From: Squalus acanthias
Taxonomy: Eukaryota
Direction of reading: 5' to 3'
NCBI GenBank assembly: GCA_030390025.1
Contig: JASTWF010000327.1
Span: 434,001-498,000 of the forward strand
Length of the DNA: 64,000 nt
Shown: positions 1 to 12,480 of the stretch, piece after piece
Layout of the letters: the number at the start of each line of letters is the position of its first letter
How positions within the stretch are numbered: position 1 is the stretch's first letter
Notes under the pieces: generated by a model
Told to the model about the DNA's origin: nothing
The model's database searches: none
What the model saw: the letters and a program-made list of their open reading frames with translations, nothing else
Translations under genes and position numbers: made by a program

Positions 1-933
1 ACACCAAATTGGGAGTTAGAGTTAATACTGAAAGAAGACAAAATGCAAGAAGACATTAATAAATTTCAGAATGGGCGTGTAATTGGCAAATGAATTTCAC
101 TGTAGATCAGTGTGAGGTGGTGTGTTTTGGTGGGAAGAATAAGGAGGCCACTCACTACTTGGAGAAGGGGGTGAAATTGGGTTGCTTTGTGCCTCCCGCG
201 ATATTCAGCGGGAGGTTAGCGGCGGCGGTAGCCGGTAGCTCCCCGCGGCACTGCACCGCCAGCAATGACGTCATCGCCATGCGCAGCACCCCGGCTGCAA
301 CCTTGGGTTGTGACCCCTGACCTATCGCCGGACGATATGTCCGACAGGGTCAAGGGTCGTTCCTGCAGCCGCGGCGACGCCACTTAAAGGGCAGGTGTCG
401 GGCGGCAACTTTTTATTTTGGCCGACTGCCAGCACCTGCCCCCTTCCCCTTTCTTCTTCGGGGTGTCGGCCACGATCGCTCAGCCCGGCGCTCCTCTTGA
501 TCCGACACCCCGCTCCCCGGTGGTCCAGCAGGGCCCCGGTGTGAGCAGTGCTAGGCCCCTCCCCTTTAATCAGGGAGGGAGGTCTGCTATGACACGGTGC
601 TATGTGCCGACGGGCGTGGTGCTGTTGCACGAAGTGTGCGAAATTCACTGGTAGCGCCCCAAGAGGGAGGGCAGCGCTTCCAATAGCACCCCGCCTCCTG
701 CTTGGGGCGCTACCACTGAATTTAATGCGCAGGGGCGCTAACTTTTTTGGGGCGCTAAAATTAGCTCCGGCGACGTTAGCGACCCAAAGGGGGCGCCACC
801 AAATTTCTCCCCCTGAGAGTCTAAATGGGCTGGAGGAGCAGAGGAATCCAGGGATACAGATACACAAATCACTAAAAGTAGCGACACACGTTAATAAGGC
901 CATTAAAAAAAAAAGCACTGGGGTACATTCCTA
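1..933 (+). mobile_element. Degenerate CR1 LINE RT fragment, split by a Harbinger-type MITE at 167-813
   Basis: The flanks read as CR1 ORF2 (TKLG..., WQMNF...CEVVCFGGKN, ...HKSLKVA) and join across the insert; homologous to the CR1 copy at 11160-16435 (- strand). Confidence 0.8.
167..813. mobile_element. Non-autonomous PIF/Harbinger-type MITE (647 bp)
   Basis: Left TIR GGGGGTGAAATT (167-178); right end AATTTCTCCCCC (802-813), 11/12 match. The right subterminal gcgacccaaagggggcgccaccaaatttctccccc closely resembles the right end of the autonomous element (gcgccccaaatggggcgcgacctaatttctacccc). GC-rich, no credible ORF, TSD not clean (GAA/TGA). Confidence 0.8.
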
Positions 934-1349
934 AAGGAGCCTTCTGTTCCGTGCCTAGGAGCTCTGAACCATGGCAGAGAGCGGCTGGGACACGTTTCTC
1001 ACAGGCCTCGAGATTAACCCGCACGGAGACTTTGCTGTCAGTGAAGAGAGACGAGAAAGACCAAAGTGCCGTTTGCCCCTCTCAGTGTGGCCCTGAAGGA
1101 CTGTGTCCAGGCTGAAGTTCTGTTCCCGCCGTACGATCCTCCCCCAGATTGTCCTTTCTGAGCTCCAGCCAGGTGATGCTAAACACTCAGGTGGGAAAGA
1201 CAAAAATCTACAACAATGTGTTTAAAACAAAGCTGATTTATTTGACATCTATCCAGAATATTAAACTCCAGCCCAGTTACAGGAGTTATTAACATCAGCA
1301 GAAACAAACCCCAACTGTCAGAATGAACATGGTTCAGTCCTGGATGTGA

Positions 1350-2510
1350 TTAACAGCAGCAATAACAGCAGAATCCAACCCCTGCAGTCACTTGTGAACT
1401 CGCTGGTGTCTCAGCAGGTTGGATGACTGAGTGAATCCCTTCCCACACACGGAGCAGGTGAACGGCCTCTCCCCAGTGTGAACTCGCTGGTGTGTCAGCA
1501 GGTTGGATGAACGAGTGAATCCCTTCCCACACACGGAGCAGGTGAACGGCCTCTTTCCCAGTGTGAACTTGCTGGTGTTTCAGCAGGGTGGATGACTGAG
1601 CGAATCCCTTCCCACATACGGAGCAGGTGAACGGCCTCTCCCCAGTGTGAACTCGCTGGTGTCTCAGTAGGTTGGATGACTGAGTGAATCTCTTCCCACA
1701 TACGGAGCAGGTGAATGGCCTCTCTCCAGTGTGAACTCGCTGGTGTACAGTGAGTTCAGATGACTGCCTGAACCCAGTCCCGCAGTGAGAGCACCTGAAC
1801 GGTCTCTCGTCAGTGTGAACACGTTGATGGCACATCAGTTCCCCGGAACTTTTGTAGTACTTCCCACAGTCCGGGCATTTAAAAGGTCTCTCGTCAGTGT
1901 GAGTGCGCTGATGATTCAGCAGGGTGGATGACTGAGTGAATCCCTTCCCACACACAGAGCAGGTGAACGGCCTCTCCCCAGTGTGAACTCTCTGGTGTGT
2001 CAGCAGATGCTTTTTGCTTTTCAATCTCTTCTCACAGTCAGAACATTTAAAAGGTCTCTTATCAGTGTGAACAAGTTGGTGTGCCCGCAGGTGGGATGAA
2101 CGAGTGAAACACGTCCCACACTCAGAGCAGGTGAACGGTCTCTCTCCAGTGTGAGTGCGCTGGTGTACAGTGAGTTCAGATGATCGCCTGAACCCAGTCC
2201 CGCAGTGAGAGCACCTGAACGGTCTCTCCCCAGTGTGAACACGTTGATGGCATGTCAGTTCCCCGGAACTTTTACAGCACTTTCCACAGTCCAGGCATTT
2301 AAAAGGTCTCTCATCAGTGTGAGCGCGCTGATGATTCAGCAGGGTGGATGACTCAATGAATCCTTTCCCACACTCAGGGCAGGTGAACGGCCTCTCCCCG
2401 GTGTGAATGCGCTTGTGTGTCGATAGGCCAGATGATCGGCTGAAGCCTTGTCCACACACAGAACACGTGTACGGTTTCTCTCCGCTGTGAACGGTGCTTT
2501 TTGCTTCCAT
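1350..2510 (-). CDS. C2H2 zinc-finger gene A: 11 intact fingers, then a +1 frameshift near 1555 removes the last 2
   Basis: ATG at 2510 ([16 protein letters not shown]), repeated CxxC-x12-HxxxH motifs with TGERP linkers, acceptor ttttacag near 2620. The family-typical stop (CACAAGTGA) at 1388-1390 is bypassed by the frameshift. Confidence 0.85.
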   Translation of the reverse strand: MEAKSTVHSGEKPYTCSVCGQGFSRSSGLSTHKRIHTGERPFTCPECGKGFIESSTLLNHQRAHTDERPFKCLDCGKCCKSSGELTCHQRVHTGERPFRCSHCGTGFRRSSELTVHQRTHTGERPFTCSECGTCFTRSSHLRAHQLVHTDKRPFKCSDCEKRLKSKKHLLTHQRVHTGERPFTCSVCGKGFTQSSTLLNHQRTHTDERPFKCPDCGKYYKSSGELMCHQRVHTDERPFRCSHCGTGFRQSSELTVHQRVHTGERPFTCSVCGKRFTQSSNLLRHQRVHTGERPFTCSVCGKGFAQSSTLLKHQQVHTGKEAVHLLRVWEGIHSFIQPADTPASSHWGEAVHLLRVWEGIHSVIQPAETPASSQVTAGVGFCCYCCC

Positions 2511-2909
2511 GTTCAGAGGCCGGTGATATTCAGATCCGATGAGTCGAGTGACTCTGTCAGATCTTGACGTGATGTTTGGTTTGAGCTTACCGTCTGTAAA
2601 TCCTCCCCTTCTAAAGCTCTGTAAAATGAATTTAAAACAGGGAGCGTGAGAGAGAACCCAGAAAAACACAAAGGCAGGTTGTGAAATTGAGTTAATGAAT
2701 CTGGTCATTTGTGGGGCCGGCACTAGAAAAAAGTGACCATGAAAGCTGCCGGATTGTCCTAAAAACCCAACTGGTTCACCGAATGTCCTTCAGGGAAGGG
2801 AATCCGCCACCTGGTCTGGGCCTACACAAGACTCTGGCCTCTATGGGAGGAGAGAGAGAGAGGTGGGAGTGGGAGGGGGGGAGGGGGCGAAGGAAAGGAA
2901 CTTTATACA

Positions 2910-3245
2910 TCTGCAACTCGACCAGAACTTTGACGGAACCTCCAAAAGCCGCAACCTCCACCAATGGAAGGACAAGGGCAGCTGTTGCATGGGAGCACCA
3001 TCACCTCCAAGTTCCCCTCCAAGTCACACAGCATCCTGACTCAGATATATATAGTCATTCCTTCATCGTTGCTGGGTCAAAATCCTGGAACTCCTTACCG
3101 AACAGCATTGTGGGAGTACCTTCACCACACGGACTGCAGCAGTTCAAGAAGGTGACTCACCACCACCTTCTCAACAGGCAACTGGGGATTGGCCATATAT
3201 GCTGCTCTTGCGAGCGACGCCCACATCCCAAGAATGAATTAAAAC
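2910..3245 (+). mobile_element. 3' fragment of a CR1/L2-clade LINE (same family as 22485-24710)
   Basis: HHHLQVPLQVT and SWNSLPNS segments match the 22543-23223 ORF and 60560-61520. Confidence 0.7.
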
Positions 3246-3499
3246 AAATCTGTATATGTAAACTGGACTAAAAGCCTCTACAGAAATACTTGTTCCTAAA
3301 ACAATACTCTTTTACATTGTAGGAACAGTGTCTGCTTAACAACCTAATCTCCCCCAGAATTCACCTCCCTTGACAGTCTCACATTGGAAATTGTTGGGCC
3401 CTCCTGGGCTCAGAAGTACTGGGGGTTAAACCCAGCAGCTTCTCCTCCATCTCCACTCCAGCTCAAACTGAAGCAACAAAAAGACCTACACAGGCGGCC

Positions 3500-3812
3500 A
3501 GTGACCTACCTTCCGTCAGCCTGCAATAAAACTCTTCCCGACAGCCGCTGACTAATGGTGGCCACAGCACCCACAATTCCACGCGCCCCAGAAACCGCTC
3601 TATCCAACGCGCTGATTTCCCCGCTGAGAGTGCGCATGCTCCCCGGGGCCGCGGGCCATTCTGGGAGCCTGGCTCCTGTCCTTTGTCCCGAGTCGGACTC
3701 GGTGGAACCGGCTGAAGAAACCGGGAAGCGGCGGCTCGGATGGGGGAGGCGCTGCACCCTGGGTTTCCTGGTGCCGGGGCCCTGGCCGCACGTCCGCCGG
3801 GCCCGGCCGCTC
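3500..3812 (-). promoter_or_regulatory. CpG-rich promoter/first exon of ZNF gene A
   Basis: CpG-rich stretch with an NRF1-like GCGCATGC motif (~3632) and a candidate splice donor GGAAG|GTAGGT at 3510/3509 on the - strand. Confidence 0.5.
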
Positions 3813-3814
3813 TG

Positions 3815-5065
3815 ATTCTGATTGAGTTTTTTGATGAGGTAACAGAGAGGGTTGATGAGGGCAATGCGGTTAACGTGGTGTACATGGATTTCCAAAAGGC
3901 GTTCGACAAGTGCCACATAATAGGCTTGCCAGCAAAGTTGAAGCCCATGGAATAAAAGGGACAGTGGCAGCATGGATACGAAACTGGCTAAGTGACAGAA
4001 AACAGAGAATAGTGGTGAACGGTTGTTTTTCGGACTGGAGGAAGGTATACAGTGGTGTTCCCCAGGGGTCGGTACTAGGACCACTGCTTTTCTTGATATA
4101 TATTAATGACTTAGACTTGGGTGTACAGGGCACAATTTCAAAATTTGCAGATGACACAAAACTTGGAAGTATAGTGAACAGTGGGGAGGATAGTGATAGA
4201 CTTCAAGAGGACATAGACAGGCTGGTGGAATGGGTGGACACGTGGCAGATGAAATTTAATGCAGAAAAGTGCGAAGTGATACATTTTGGTAGGAAGAACG
4301 AGGAGAGGCAATATAAACTAAAGGGTACAATTCTAAAGTGGGTGCATGAACAGAGAGACCTGGGGTATGTGTGCACAAATCGTTGAAGGTAGCAGGACAG
4401 GTTGAGAAAGTGGTTAAAAAAGCATACAGGATCCTGGGCTTTATAAATAGAGGCATAGAGTCCAAAAGCAAGGAAGTTATGATGAACCTTTATAAAACAC
4501 TGGTTCGGCCTCAACTGGAGTATTGTGTCCAATTCTGGGCACCGCACTTTAGGAAGGATGTGAAGGCCTTAGAGATGGTGCAGAAAAGATTCACAAGAAT
4601 GGTTCCAGGGATGAGGGACTTCAGTTACGTGGATAGACTGGAGAAGCTGGGGTTGTTCTCCTTAGAGCAGAGAAGGTTGAGAGGAGATTTGATCGAGGTT
4701 TTCAAAATCATGAGGGGTCTGGACAGAGTAGATAGAGAGAAACTGTTCCCATTGGCGGAAGGGTCGAGAACCAGAGGACACAGATTTAAGGTGATTGGCA
4801 GAAGAACCAAAGGCGACATGAGGAAAAACTTTTTTACGCAGCGAGTGGTTAGGATCTGGAATGCACTGCCTGAAAGGGTGGTGGAGGCAGATTCAATCAC
4901 AGCTTTCAAAAGGGAATTGGATAAGTACCTGAAGTAAAGAAATTTGCAGGGCTACGGGGAAAGGGCGGGGGAGTGGGACTAGCTGAAGTGATCTTGCAGA
5001 GAGCCGGCACGGGCTCGACGGGCTGAATGGCCTCCTTCTGTGCTGTAACCATTCTATGATTCTAT
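3815..5065 (+). mobile_element. 5'-truncated CR1 LINE (RT C-terminus plus 3' UTR)
   Basis: ORFs 3910-4386 and 4371-4937 carry [14 protein letters not shown] and RPQLEYC...WNALP motifs; the 3' tail is ATTCTATGATTCTAT. Confidence 0.92.
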
Positions 5066-5199
5066 AAAATATTAGAAAGTTTGTTCCACAGAAGCACGGG
5101 GTTTATCTGCTTTTATTCATGAATTTAAAAAGTCTGTATTAAAACCTGAGCCAGTGTGTTGTGAGACAAAGAGCCTTGTGTCCAATAAGGGGAATAAAG

Positions 5200-5835
5200 G
5201 CCCACAGCCTCCCCTGGCCCCGGGCCCTGAACAAGGGACTGGAGAAACTCGCTGCCCCGCGGATCAGACAATCAGCCGGCGCTAGTCCCGCCCCTCGGGC
5301 TCCCCGATTGGTTGGAGGACCCGCCGCCGGCTCGCTCTTCCAGCCCCGCCCCACACCTTCCCTATTGGTCGGGAGCTCCCGTCAATCAGGCCGTGGGCCC
5401 GGATCACGCTTCCCCGAGGAGATCACGTGCTCCGTCCAACTGACTCCGCTCGGTCCGGGGCCTCGCGGACTCTGAGGTTTTTCTATTTCTCTTTATTCTC
5501 TCCCGATCCACCCCTCCCCCCCACCCCGCGCGATTCACCACCCAATCGGAGCGGAGAAAACTCACTTTGCGTCACCGATCGCGACTCTGTAACCGACACC
5601 AGGGCCATTCCCCGGAATGCCCCGCGCCGACTCCGTCCGGCAGGATCCGACCGCGCAGGCGCAGCTCCGAGTGGGGGAGGGGATTGGTGTCCTCTGGGCA
5701 TGCGCGGTTGTTACCCTTGGTGACCGAGAGGGGTCGCTGTGCCGGACTCGGCCCCAACCGCCGTTCCGCGTGCGCATGCGCGGACTCTCGGCTGTCAATC
5801 AACCATCAGCCAGAAGAGGTCGCTGGTGAGACCAG
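5200..5835. promoter_or_regulatory. CpG-island promoter with CCAAT/GC-box module and NRF1-like sites
   Basis: gattgg...ccccgccc...ctattgg module (5300-5390) and tgcgcatgcgc (~5770); inverted paralog at 42810-43450. Confidence 0.65.
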
Positions 5836-5839
5836 TGAA

Positions 5840-6418
5840 GAAAGAAAGACTTGCATTTCTATAGCGCCTTTCACCACCACCGGACGTCCCAAAGCGCTTT
5901 ACAGCCAATGAAGTACTTTTCGGAGTGTAGTCATTGTTGTAATGTAGGAAACGAGGCAGCTACTTAGCGCACAGCAAGCTCCCACAAACAGCAATGTGAT
6001 AATGAGCAGATAATCTATCATTTTGTTATGTTAATTGAGGGATAAACATTGGCTAGGACACCAGGGATAATTCCCCTGCTCTTTCCCACATTACAACAGT
6101 GACTACACCTCAAAAGTACTTCAATGGCTGTAAAGCACTTCAAGACATCTGGTGGTCATGAAAGCACGGTATAAATGCAAGTCTTTCTTTCTCGAAATAG
6201 TGTCATGGGATCTTTTATATCCACCTGAGAGAGCAGAGAGGGCCTCAGCTTAAAGTCTCATCCAAAAAACAGCACCTCCGACAGTGTGGCACACTCCCTC
6301 AGCACTGCACTGGAGTGTCAGCCTGGATTCCTGTGCTCAAGTCTCTGGAGTGGGACTTGAACCCACAACTTTCTGACTCAGAGGCGAGAGTGCTACCCAC
6401 TGAGCCACTGGCTGACAC
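5840..6418 (-). mobile_element. tRNA-derived SINE(s) with L2-like 3' tail (nested or partly duplicated)
   Basis: The - strand head has an A-box (TGGCTCAGTGG) and B-box (GGTTCAAGTCC); the tail reads aaaggcgctatagaaatgcaagtctttc; paralog at 39450-40105. Confidence 0.75.
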
Positions 6419-6425
6419 TAAAGAA

Positions 6426-6530
6426 CAAGCAGTTCTGACGAAAGGTCATCGACCTGAAACGTTAACTCTGTTTCTCTCTCCACAGATGCTGCCTGACCTG
6501 CTGAGTATTTCCAGCAGTTTCTGTTTTTAT
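6426..6530 (+). mobile_element. Short Penelope-derived insertion carrying a hammerhead ribozyme
   Basis: TSD TAAAGAA (6419-6425 / 6531-6537); sequence matches the 3' end of the Penelope element at 41854-41890 and 42730-42786. Confidence 0.75.
6431..6467 (+). ncRNA. Minimal type I hammerhead ribozyme
   Basis: Reads agtt-CTGACGA-a-AGGTC-atc-GACCT-GAAA-C-GTT-aact: both core boxes, stem II, stem I (agtt/aact) and a palindromic ACGT stem III. Confidence 0.75.
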
Positions 6531-6559
6531 TAAAGAAACGAGGGAGTGATTGCTGAGAG

Positions 6560-6830
6560 GAAGAATGTTGGGTCGTCCTGCGCATGCGCACCTCCCTGGC
6601 GGCTGAGGTGAAACACAGACTCGCCCCCACCTGAGCCGCGCACACGTACCAGATGTTGCGGCTCCGCATGCGCGCCCGATGTTCCAACCGCGGGGTTTTG
6701 TGCGCTGAGCATGCGCGTTGTGGACCGATCGGGACGGGTGATTGTGGAGCAGGAGGGAGAGCGCGGGGGCCATGAGCACATGGGCGGGACTCAGAGTCAA
6801 CAGAGCGCTTTCTGGAGCGCGGGGGCTTGT
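6560..6830 (+). promoter_or_regulatory. CpG-rich promoter-like region upstream of ZNF gene B with multiple NRF1-like sites
   Basis: TGCGCATGCGCA at ~6579-6590 and further GCATGCGC motifs at ~6667 and ~6709. Confidence 0.55.
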
Positions 6831-7087
6831 GGGTATTACAGCCGCCATTACTGCTGATCCTTTCAACCAACCTGTGCAGCAGCTGGAGCCTGAAAATCAG
6901 CTTCACTGCCCCTAGGTTCGGAAAGGGGAAAATTAAACAACAGTTTGCCTCTGATCCTTTTCTGAACTTGATTTACAGGGTTATAGAAGTGGAGCAGTTA
7001 CAGGCGGGAAGCTCAGACCAAACATCACGTCAAGATCTGACAGAGTCGCTCGATTCATCAGGACCTGAATATCATCGGCCTTTGCAC

Positions 7088-8557
7088 ATGGAAGGAGAAA
7101 GCAGCGATCGCAGCAATGACAAACCGCACACGTGTTCGGTGTGTGGACACGGATTCAGCCGATTGCCTGACCTGGTGAGACACGTGCACCGTCACACCGG
7201 GGAGAAACCGGGTAAAGGTGGGGATGGTGGGAAGGGATTCAGTTCCCCGTCTGCAATAGAAGTTCAACGGCGCAGTCACACCAGGGACAGTCCGTTCACC
7301 TGCTCCGTGTGTGGGAAGGGATTTGTTTGTTCATCCCACCTGCAAACACACCAGCGAGTTCACACTGACAAGAGACCATTTCAATGTTCTGACTGTGGAA
7401 AGAGCTTTAAAATCCCCCAGAATCTGAAGCGACACCAGCTTGTTCACACTGATGAGCGACCGTTTACATGTTCTGACTGTGGGAAGCATTTTAAAGGCCC
7501 CAGGGATCTGAAGGGACACCAGCTTGTTCACACTGACGAGAGACCCTTTAAATGTTCTGACTGTGGGAAGCGTTTTAAAAGCCCCAGGGATCTGAAGGGA
7601 CACCAGCGAGTTCACACTGACGAGAGACCATTCACCTGCTCCGTGTGTGGGAAGGGATTCTTGCAGTCCTCCAACCTGCAGACACACCAGCTTGTTCACA
7701 CTGACGAGAGATCCTTTAAATGTTCTGACTGTGGGAAGAGCTTTAAAAGCTCCGGGGATCTGAAGGGACACCAGCGAGTTCACACTGACGAGAGACCCTT
7801 TAAATGTTCTGAGTGTGGGAAGAGTTTTAAAAGCCCTGGGGAGCTCAAGCAACACCAGCGAGTTCACACCGGAGAGAGGCCGTTCACCTGCTCTGTGTGT
7901 GGGAAGGGGTTCGCTCGGTCCTCCAACCTGCTGGCACATCAGCGAGTTCACACTGGAGAGAACCCCTTTAAATGTTCTGACTGTGGGAAGAGATTTAAAA
8001 GCTCCCGGGAGCTGAAGAGACACCGGCTCTGCCACACTGGTGAGAGGCCATTCACCTGCTCCGTGTGTGGGAAGGGATTCACTCAGTCATCCGCCCTCCT
8101 GTCACACCAGCTTGTTCACACTGGGGAGAGGCTGTTCACCTGCTCCGTATGTGGGAAGGGATTCACTCAGTCATCCGCCCTCCTGTCACACCAGCGAGTT
8201 CACACTGGGGAGAGGCCGTTCACCTGCTCCGTATGTGGGAAGGGATTCACTCAGTCATCCACCCTCCTGACACACCAGCGAGTTCACACTGACGAGAGAC
8301 CCTTTAAATGTTCTGACTGTGGGAAGAGCTTTAAAAGCTCCGGGGAGCTGAAGAGACACCAACACCTATACACTGGGGAGAGACCGTTCACCTGCTCCGT
8401 ATGTGGGAAGGGATTCACTCAGTCATCCACCCTCCTGTCACACCAGCTTGTTCACACTGACGAGAGACCCTTTAAATGTTCTGACTGTGGGAAGAGCTTT
8501 AAAAGTTCGAAGAACCTTAAGAGACACCAGCATGTTCAGACTGATCATAGAATCTAA
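7088..8557 (+). CDS. C2H2 zinc-finger gene B (~489 aa from ATG, about 14 intact fingers plus degenerate ones), C-terminus cut by a CR1 insertion
   Basis: Acceptor atttacag at 6978; ATG at 7088 (MEGESS); tandem fingers. The stop codon lies inside the CR1 tail starting ~8546. Confidence 0.88.
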   Translation: MEGESSDRSNDKPHTCSVCGHGFSRLPDLVRHVHRHTGEKPGKGGDGGKGFSSPSAIEVQRRSHTRDSPFTCSVCGKGFVCSSHLQTHQRVHTDKRPFQCSDCGKSFKIPQNLKRHQLVHTDERPFTCSDCGKHFKGPRDLKGHQLVHTDERPFKCSDCGKRFKSPRDLKGHQRVHTDERPFTCSVCGKGFLQSSNLQTHQLVHTDERSFKCSDCGKSFKSSGDLKGHQRVHTDERPFKCSECGKSFKSPGELKQHQRVHTGERPFTCSVCGKGFARSSNLLAHQRVHTGENPFKCSDCGKRFKSSRELKRHRLCHTGERPFTCSVCGKGFTQSSALLSHQLVHTGERLFTCSVCGKGFTQSSALLSHQRVHTGERPFTCSVCGKGFTQSSTLLTHQRVHTDERPFKCSDCGKSFKSSGELKRHQHLYTGERPFTCSVCGKGFTQSSTLLSHQLVHTDERPFKCSDCGKSFKSSKNLKRHQHVQTDHRI

Positions 8558-8930
8558 CAGCACAGAAGGAGGTGATTCGGCCCATCGTGTCTGTGCCGGC
8601 TCTTTGAAAGAGCTATCCAATTTAGTCCCAAACCCCAGCTTTATCCCCAGAACTCTGCAAACTAGTCCTCTTCAAGTACACGTCCAATCACCGTTTGAAA
8701 GTTCCTGTGGAACCTGATTCCAGCATCCTTTCAGATGGTGCGTTCCAGATCTTAACAACCCTCTGTGTGAAAACAATTCTCCTCATTCACCTCTAGTTCT
8801 TTTAGCAACTATTTTAAATCTGTGACCTTTGGTTACCGACCCACTTGCCAGAGTGAACAGTTTCTCCCTACTTGCTCGATCAAAACCCCTCATCATTTTG
8901 AATATCTCTATTAGGTCTCCTCTTAACCTT
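8546..8930 (-). mobile_element. CR1 3' fragment
   Basis: LRGDLIEIFK...REKLF...GHRFK on the - strand; catagaat tail at ~8546. Confidence 0.85.
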
Positions 8931-9366
8931 CTGAGCTCACTGTACACAAGCGCACTCACACTGGGGCGAGGCCGTTCACTGAGCTCACTGTACACCAGCG
9001 CACTCACACTGGTGAGAGGCCGTTCACTGAGCTCACTGTACACCAGCGCACTCACACTGGTGAGAGGCCGTTCACTGAGCTCACTGTACACCAGCGCACT
9101 CACACTGGGGAGAGACCGTTCACTGAGCTCACTGTACACCAGCGCACTCACACTGGTGAGAGGCCGTTCACTGAGCTCACTGTACACCAGCGCACTCACA
9201 CTGGTGAGAGGCCGTTCACTGAGCTCACTGTACACCAGCGCACTCACACTGGGGGGAGGCCGTTCACTTGAGCTCACTGTACACCAGCGCACTCACACTG
9301 GGGGGAGGCCGTTCACTTGAGCTCACTGTACACCAGCGCACTCACACTGGGGAGAGGCCGTTCACC
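8931..9366 (+). repeat. 48-bp tandem repeat (~9 copies) derived from half a zinc finger
   Basis: Unit ctgagctcactgtacaccagcgcactcacactggtgagaggccgttca encodes [16 protein letters not shown] in the ZNF frame. Confidence 0.92.
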
Positions 9367-9854
9367 TGCTCTGAATGTGGAAAGGGATTTCACTTGTTCA
9401 TCCCACCTGCTGACACACCAGCGGGTTCACACTGATAAGAGACCTTTTAAATGTTCTGACTGTGAGAAGAGATTTAGAAGCAAAAAGGATCTGCTGAATC
9501 ACCAGTGAGTTCACACTGACGAGACCATTTAAATGCCCAGACTGTGGGAAGTGCTATAAAAGTTCCGGGGAACTGACATTCCATCAATGTGTTCACACTG
9601 ACGAGAGACCGTTCAGGTGCTCTCACTGCGGGACTGGGTTCAGGCAGTCATCCAACCTCACTGTACACCAGCGCACTCACACTAGGGAGAGGCCATTCAC
9701 CTGCTCCGTGTGTGGGAAGGGATTCGCACAGTCATCCACCCTGCTGAAAAACCAGCGAGTTCACACTGGGGAGAGGCCATTCACTTGCTCTGAGTGTGGG
9801 AAGGGATTCACTCAGTCATCCAACCTGCTGAATCACCAGCGAGTTCACATGTGA
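9360..9854 (+). pseudogene. ZNF remnant (about 6 fingers) with frameshifts and a stop; inverted paralog of the gene A 3' end
   Basis: Finger motifs with indels and a TGA at 9506-9508; the downstream 9850-10310 matches 935-1390 in inverted orientation. Confidence 0.8.
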
Positions 9855-12480
9855 CTGCAGGGGTTGGATTCTGCTGTTATTGCTGTTGTTAATCACATCC
9901 AGGACTGAACCATGTCATTCTGACAGTTGGGATTTGTTTCTGCTGATGTTAATAACCCCTGTAACTGGGCTGGAGTTGATTTTCTGGATAGATGTTAAAT
10001 AAATCAGCTTTGCTTTGAACAAATTGTTGTAGATTTTTGTCTTTCCCGCCTGAGTGTTTAGCATCACCTGGCTGGAGCTCAGAAAGGACAATCTGGGGGA
10101 GGATCGTACGGCGGGAACAGAACTTCAGCCTGGACACAGTCCTTCAGGGCCACACTGAGAGGGGCAAACGGCACTTTGGTCTTTCTCGTCTCTCTTCACT
10201 GACAGCAAAGTCCCCGTGTGGGTTAATCTTGAGGCGTGTGAGAAACGTGTCCCAGCCGCTCTCTTCCATGGTTCAGAGCTCCTAGGCACGGAACAGAAGG
10301 CTCCTTTACAACTGTGTTTAGAGTCAGGAAGAACAACGGTGAATGCTGAAAACGTGCTGTCAAATCAGAGATTGGTGTCAAACTGCGATCTGTTCCTGAC
10401 TGAAAGTGAAACAGGTTTAAGTTTCCAGTCTAAAAATGACTGGTAATCATTCTATGAATATTTAACGTGTTTGTGTGACAGTCCTGAGTCTACCAGTTTA
10501 AGGCAGGTGTTAACCCATTTAAAATAAACCCGTTTAAAATAAATTGGTTAAAATCTGCATTAAAATAGCAGAGGGAGGAGTTCACAGGAGCCTGTTAACT
10601 GCTGGTACAATTATACAACAGACATTTGATCTCCAGATAAAGAAGGACCTGCAGCGTGTTTCCAGGAATTCCCTGTTTTATTGATGTGTGTGTGTTAGAC
10701 ACCAGGATAACTAAAAATACATGACCTGGAACATCCACAAGGATGAGATCTCGACAGTTTCTCTGGGATCACTCCCGCTGCGGAACTCCACCACTGACCC
10801 TGCTGAAGGTTGTCGGCTCAGGGAGTGGGGCCTCCAGGAGTGGACTGTAAGAAAGCTGGGCTTCAGTATCCTGACAAATATATGGTGAGGAACCAGAGGA
10901 ATCCTTACTGAGGAACCGTGTGGGCTCTTACCTGCCTGCGAAGGTCGAGGGGCGAATGATGCCTGACTCCCCGAAATTTGAACCCAGTTTATAACGAGAT
11001 AAATTGAGTTTACAGAAGAATAGGGACAAATATCACCCACAATTGAGGGAGACAAAAGCAGCCATTAGAGAAGCTCAGAGGGATTTGGAAATGAAGATGC
11101 TGCACAATTGTGGTAATATTAGTAAAATCTTTTCCAGCTACGTCAGGAGTCAGAGGACATAGTTACACAGAGTTACATCGAATTACAGAGTCTACAGCAC
11201 AGGAACAGGCCATTCGGCCCCACTGGTCAATGCCGGTGTTTCTGCTCCACATGAGCCTCCTCCCACCCTCGTGTGGAGCGAAGGGCCAGGCAGCAGAATG
11301 GATAGAAAGATGGCTACAAAATCCGATTAGCATAACCTTCGATTCCTTTCTCCCTCATGCGCTTATCTAGCTTCCCCTTAAATGCAGCTGTGTTATTCCC
11401 CTCGACTACTCCTTGTGGTAGCACGTTCCACATTCTTACCTCTCTTCGGGTAAAGAGGTTTCCCCTGAATTCCCCACTGGATTTATTAGTGACTTTCTTA
11501 TAATTATGACTTCTAGTTTTGGACTCCCACACAAGTGGAAACATTTTCCCGACATCCACCCTATAGAAACATTTCATAACCTTAAAGACCTCTATGAGGT
11601 CACCCATCAACCTTCTCTTTTTTAGACAAAAGAGCCCCAGCCTGTTCAGCCTCTCCTGATAAATATATCCTCTCAGTTCTAGGATCATCCTTGCAAATAC
11701 AATTTGCACCTTCTCCAGTGTCTCTATAATATATAATATTTTATAATATGGAGACCAGAACTGTGCACAGTACTCCAAGTGTGGTCTAACCAAGGTTCGA
11801 TACAAGTTTAACATAACTTCTCTGCTTTTCAATTCTATCCCTCTAGAAATGAGCCCCAGTCCATTGTTTGCTCCTTTTGTGGCCTCATTAACCTGCGTCG
11901 CTACTTTTAGTGATTTGTGTATCTGGACCCCGAGATCCCTTTGCTTCTCTACCCCATTTAGACTCCAAGGGGTAAAAATTCACTTGGTTGCGCCTCCCGT
12001 TAGCGCCTTAAGAGGGCGCTAATGGGGCGTTAAGCCGCTAACGCCCGGGCGCAGCGCTGTTTGCGCCGCTCGAGAACTTAACTTGAGATTGTGCGGCGGC
12101 GCTAAAACTTACCGCTGCGACCACCTGCGCGCGCAGATTGTGACGTCATTCCGTGGTGCAACGCCCTTGGGGCGCCCTGGAGCGGAAATTGAGTGGCGCC
12201 CCCTGCCTTACCGCCTGGCGCTTCCAACGACCGGAAGACTGGAACGTTATCAATCGGTGTGGGGCTGGGGGGGGCGCTATTTAAAGGGGGCCTCTTCCTG
12301 TCTTTTTCTGTGGTCGACATTTATGCACCACTCGTTCTGAGAGAGAGAGAGAGATTCGGAGAGAGAGCGAGAGAGACTTCTACATTGACTCAACGCTTTG
12401 TGAGGTAGTTTGGCCTAGTTCATCCTAACTTTGTTGCTACTTTAGTTGCTGCACCTCATTACTTTTCTGGCAAAGAGAAT

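Noticed and set aside
90..934. ORFs across the MITE, and other antisense or alternative-frame ORFs in CpG islands, ZNF arrays and LINEs
   Set aside because: They are shadow ORFs in GC-rich or repetitive sequence, mostly with non-ATG starts and no recognisable domains.
6340..6418. tRNA-like sequence
   Set aside because: It is a SINE head continuing into a SINE body and LINE-like tail, not a stand-alone tRNA gene.
8931..9366. CRISPR-like regular repeats (also 33585-34318)
   Set aside because: The units are head-to-tail with no unique spacers, there are no cas genes, and the context is eukaryotic.
10450..11050. Possible ERV/LTR remnant
   Set aside because: No clear termini, primer-binding site or retroviral protein motif could be identified.
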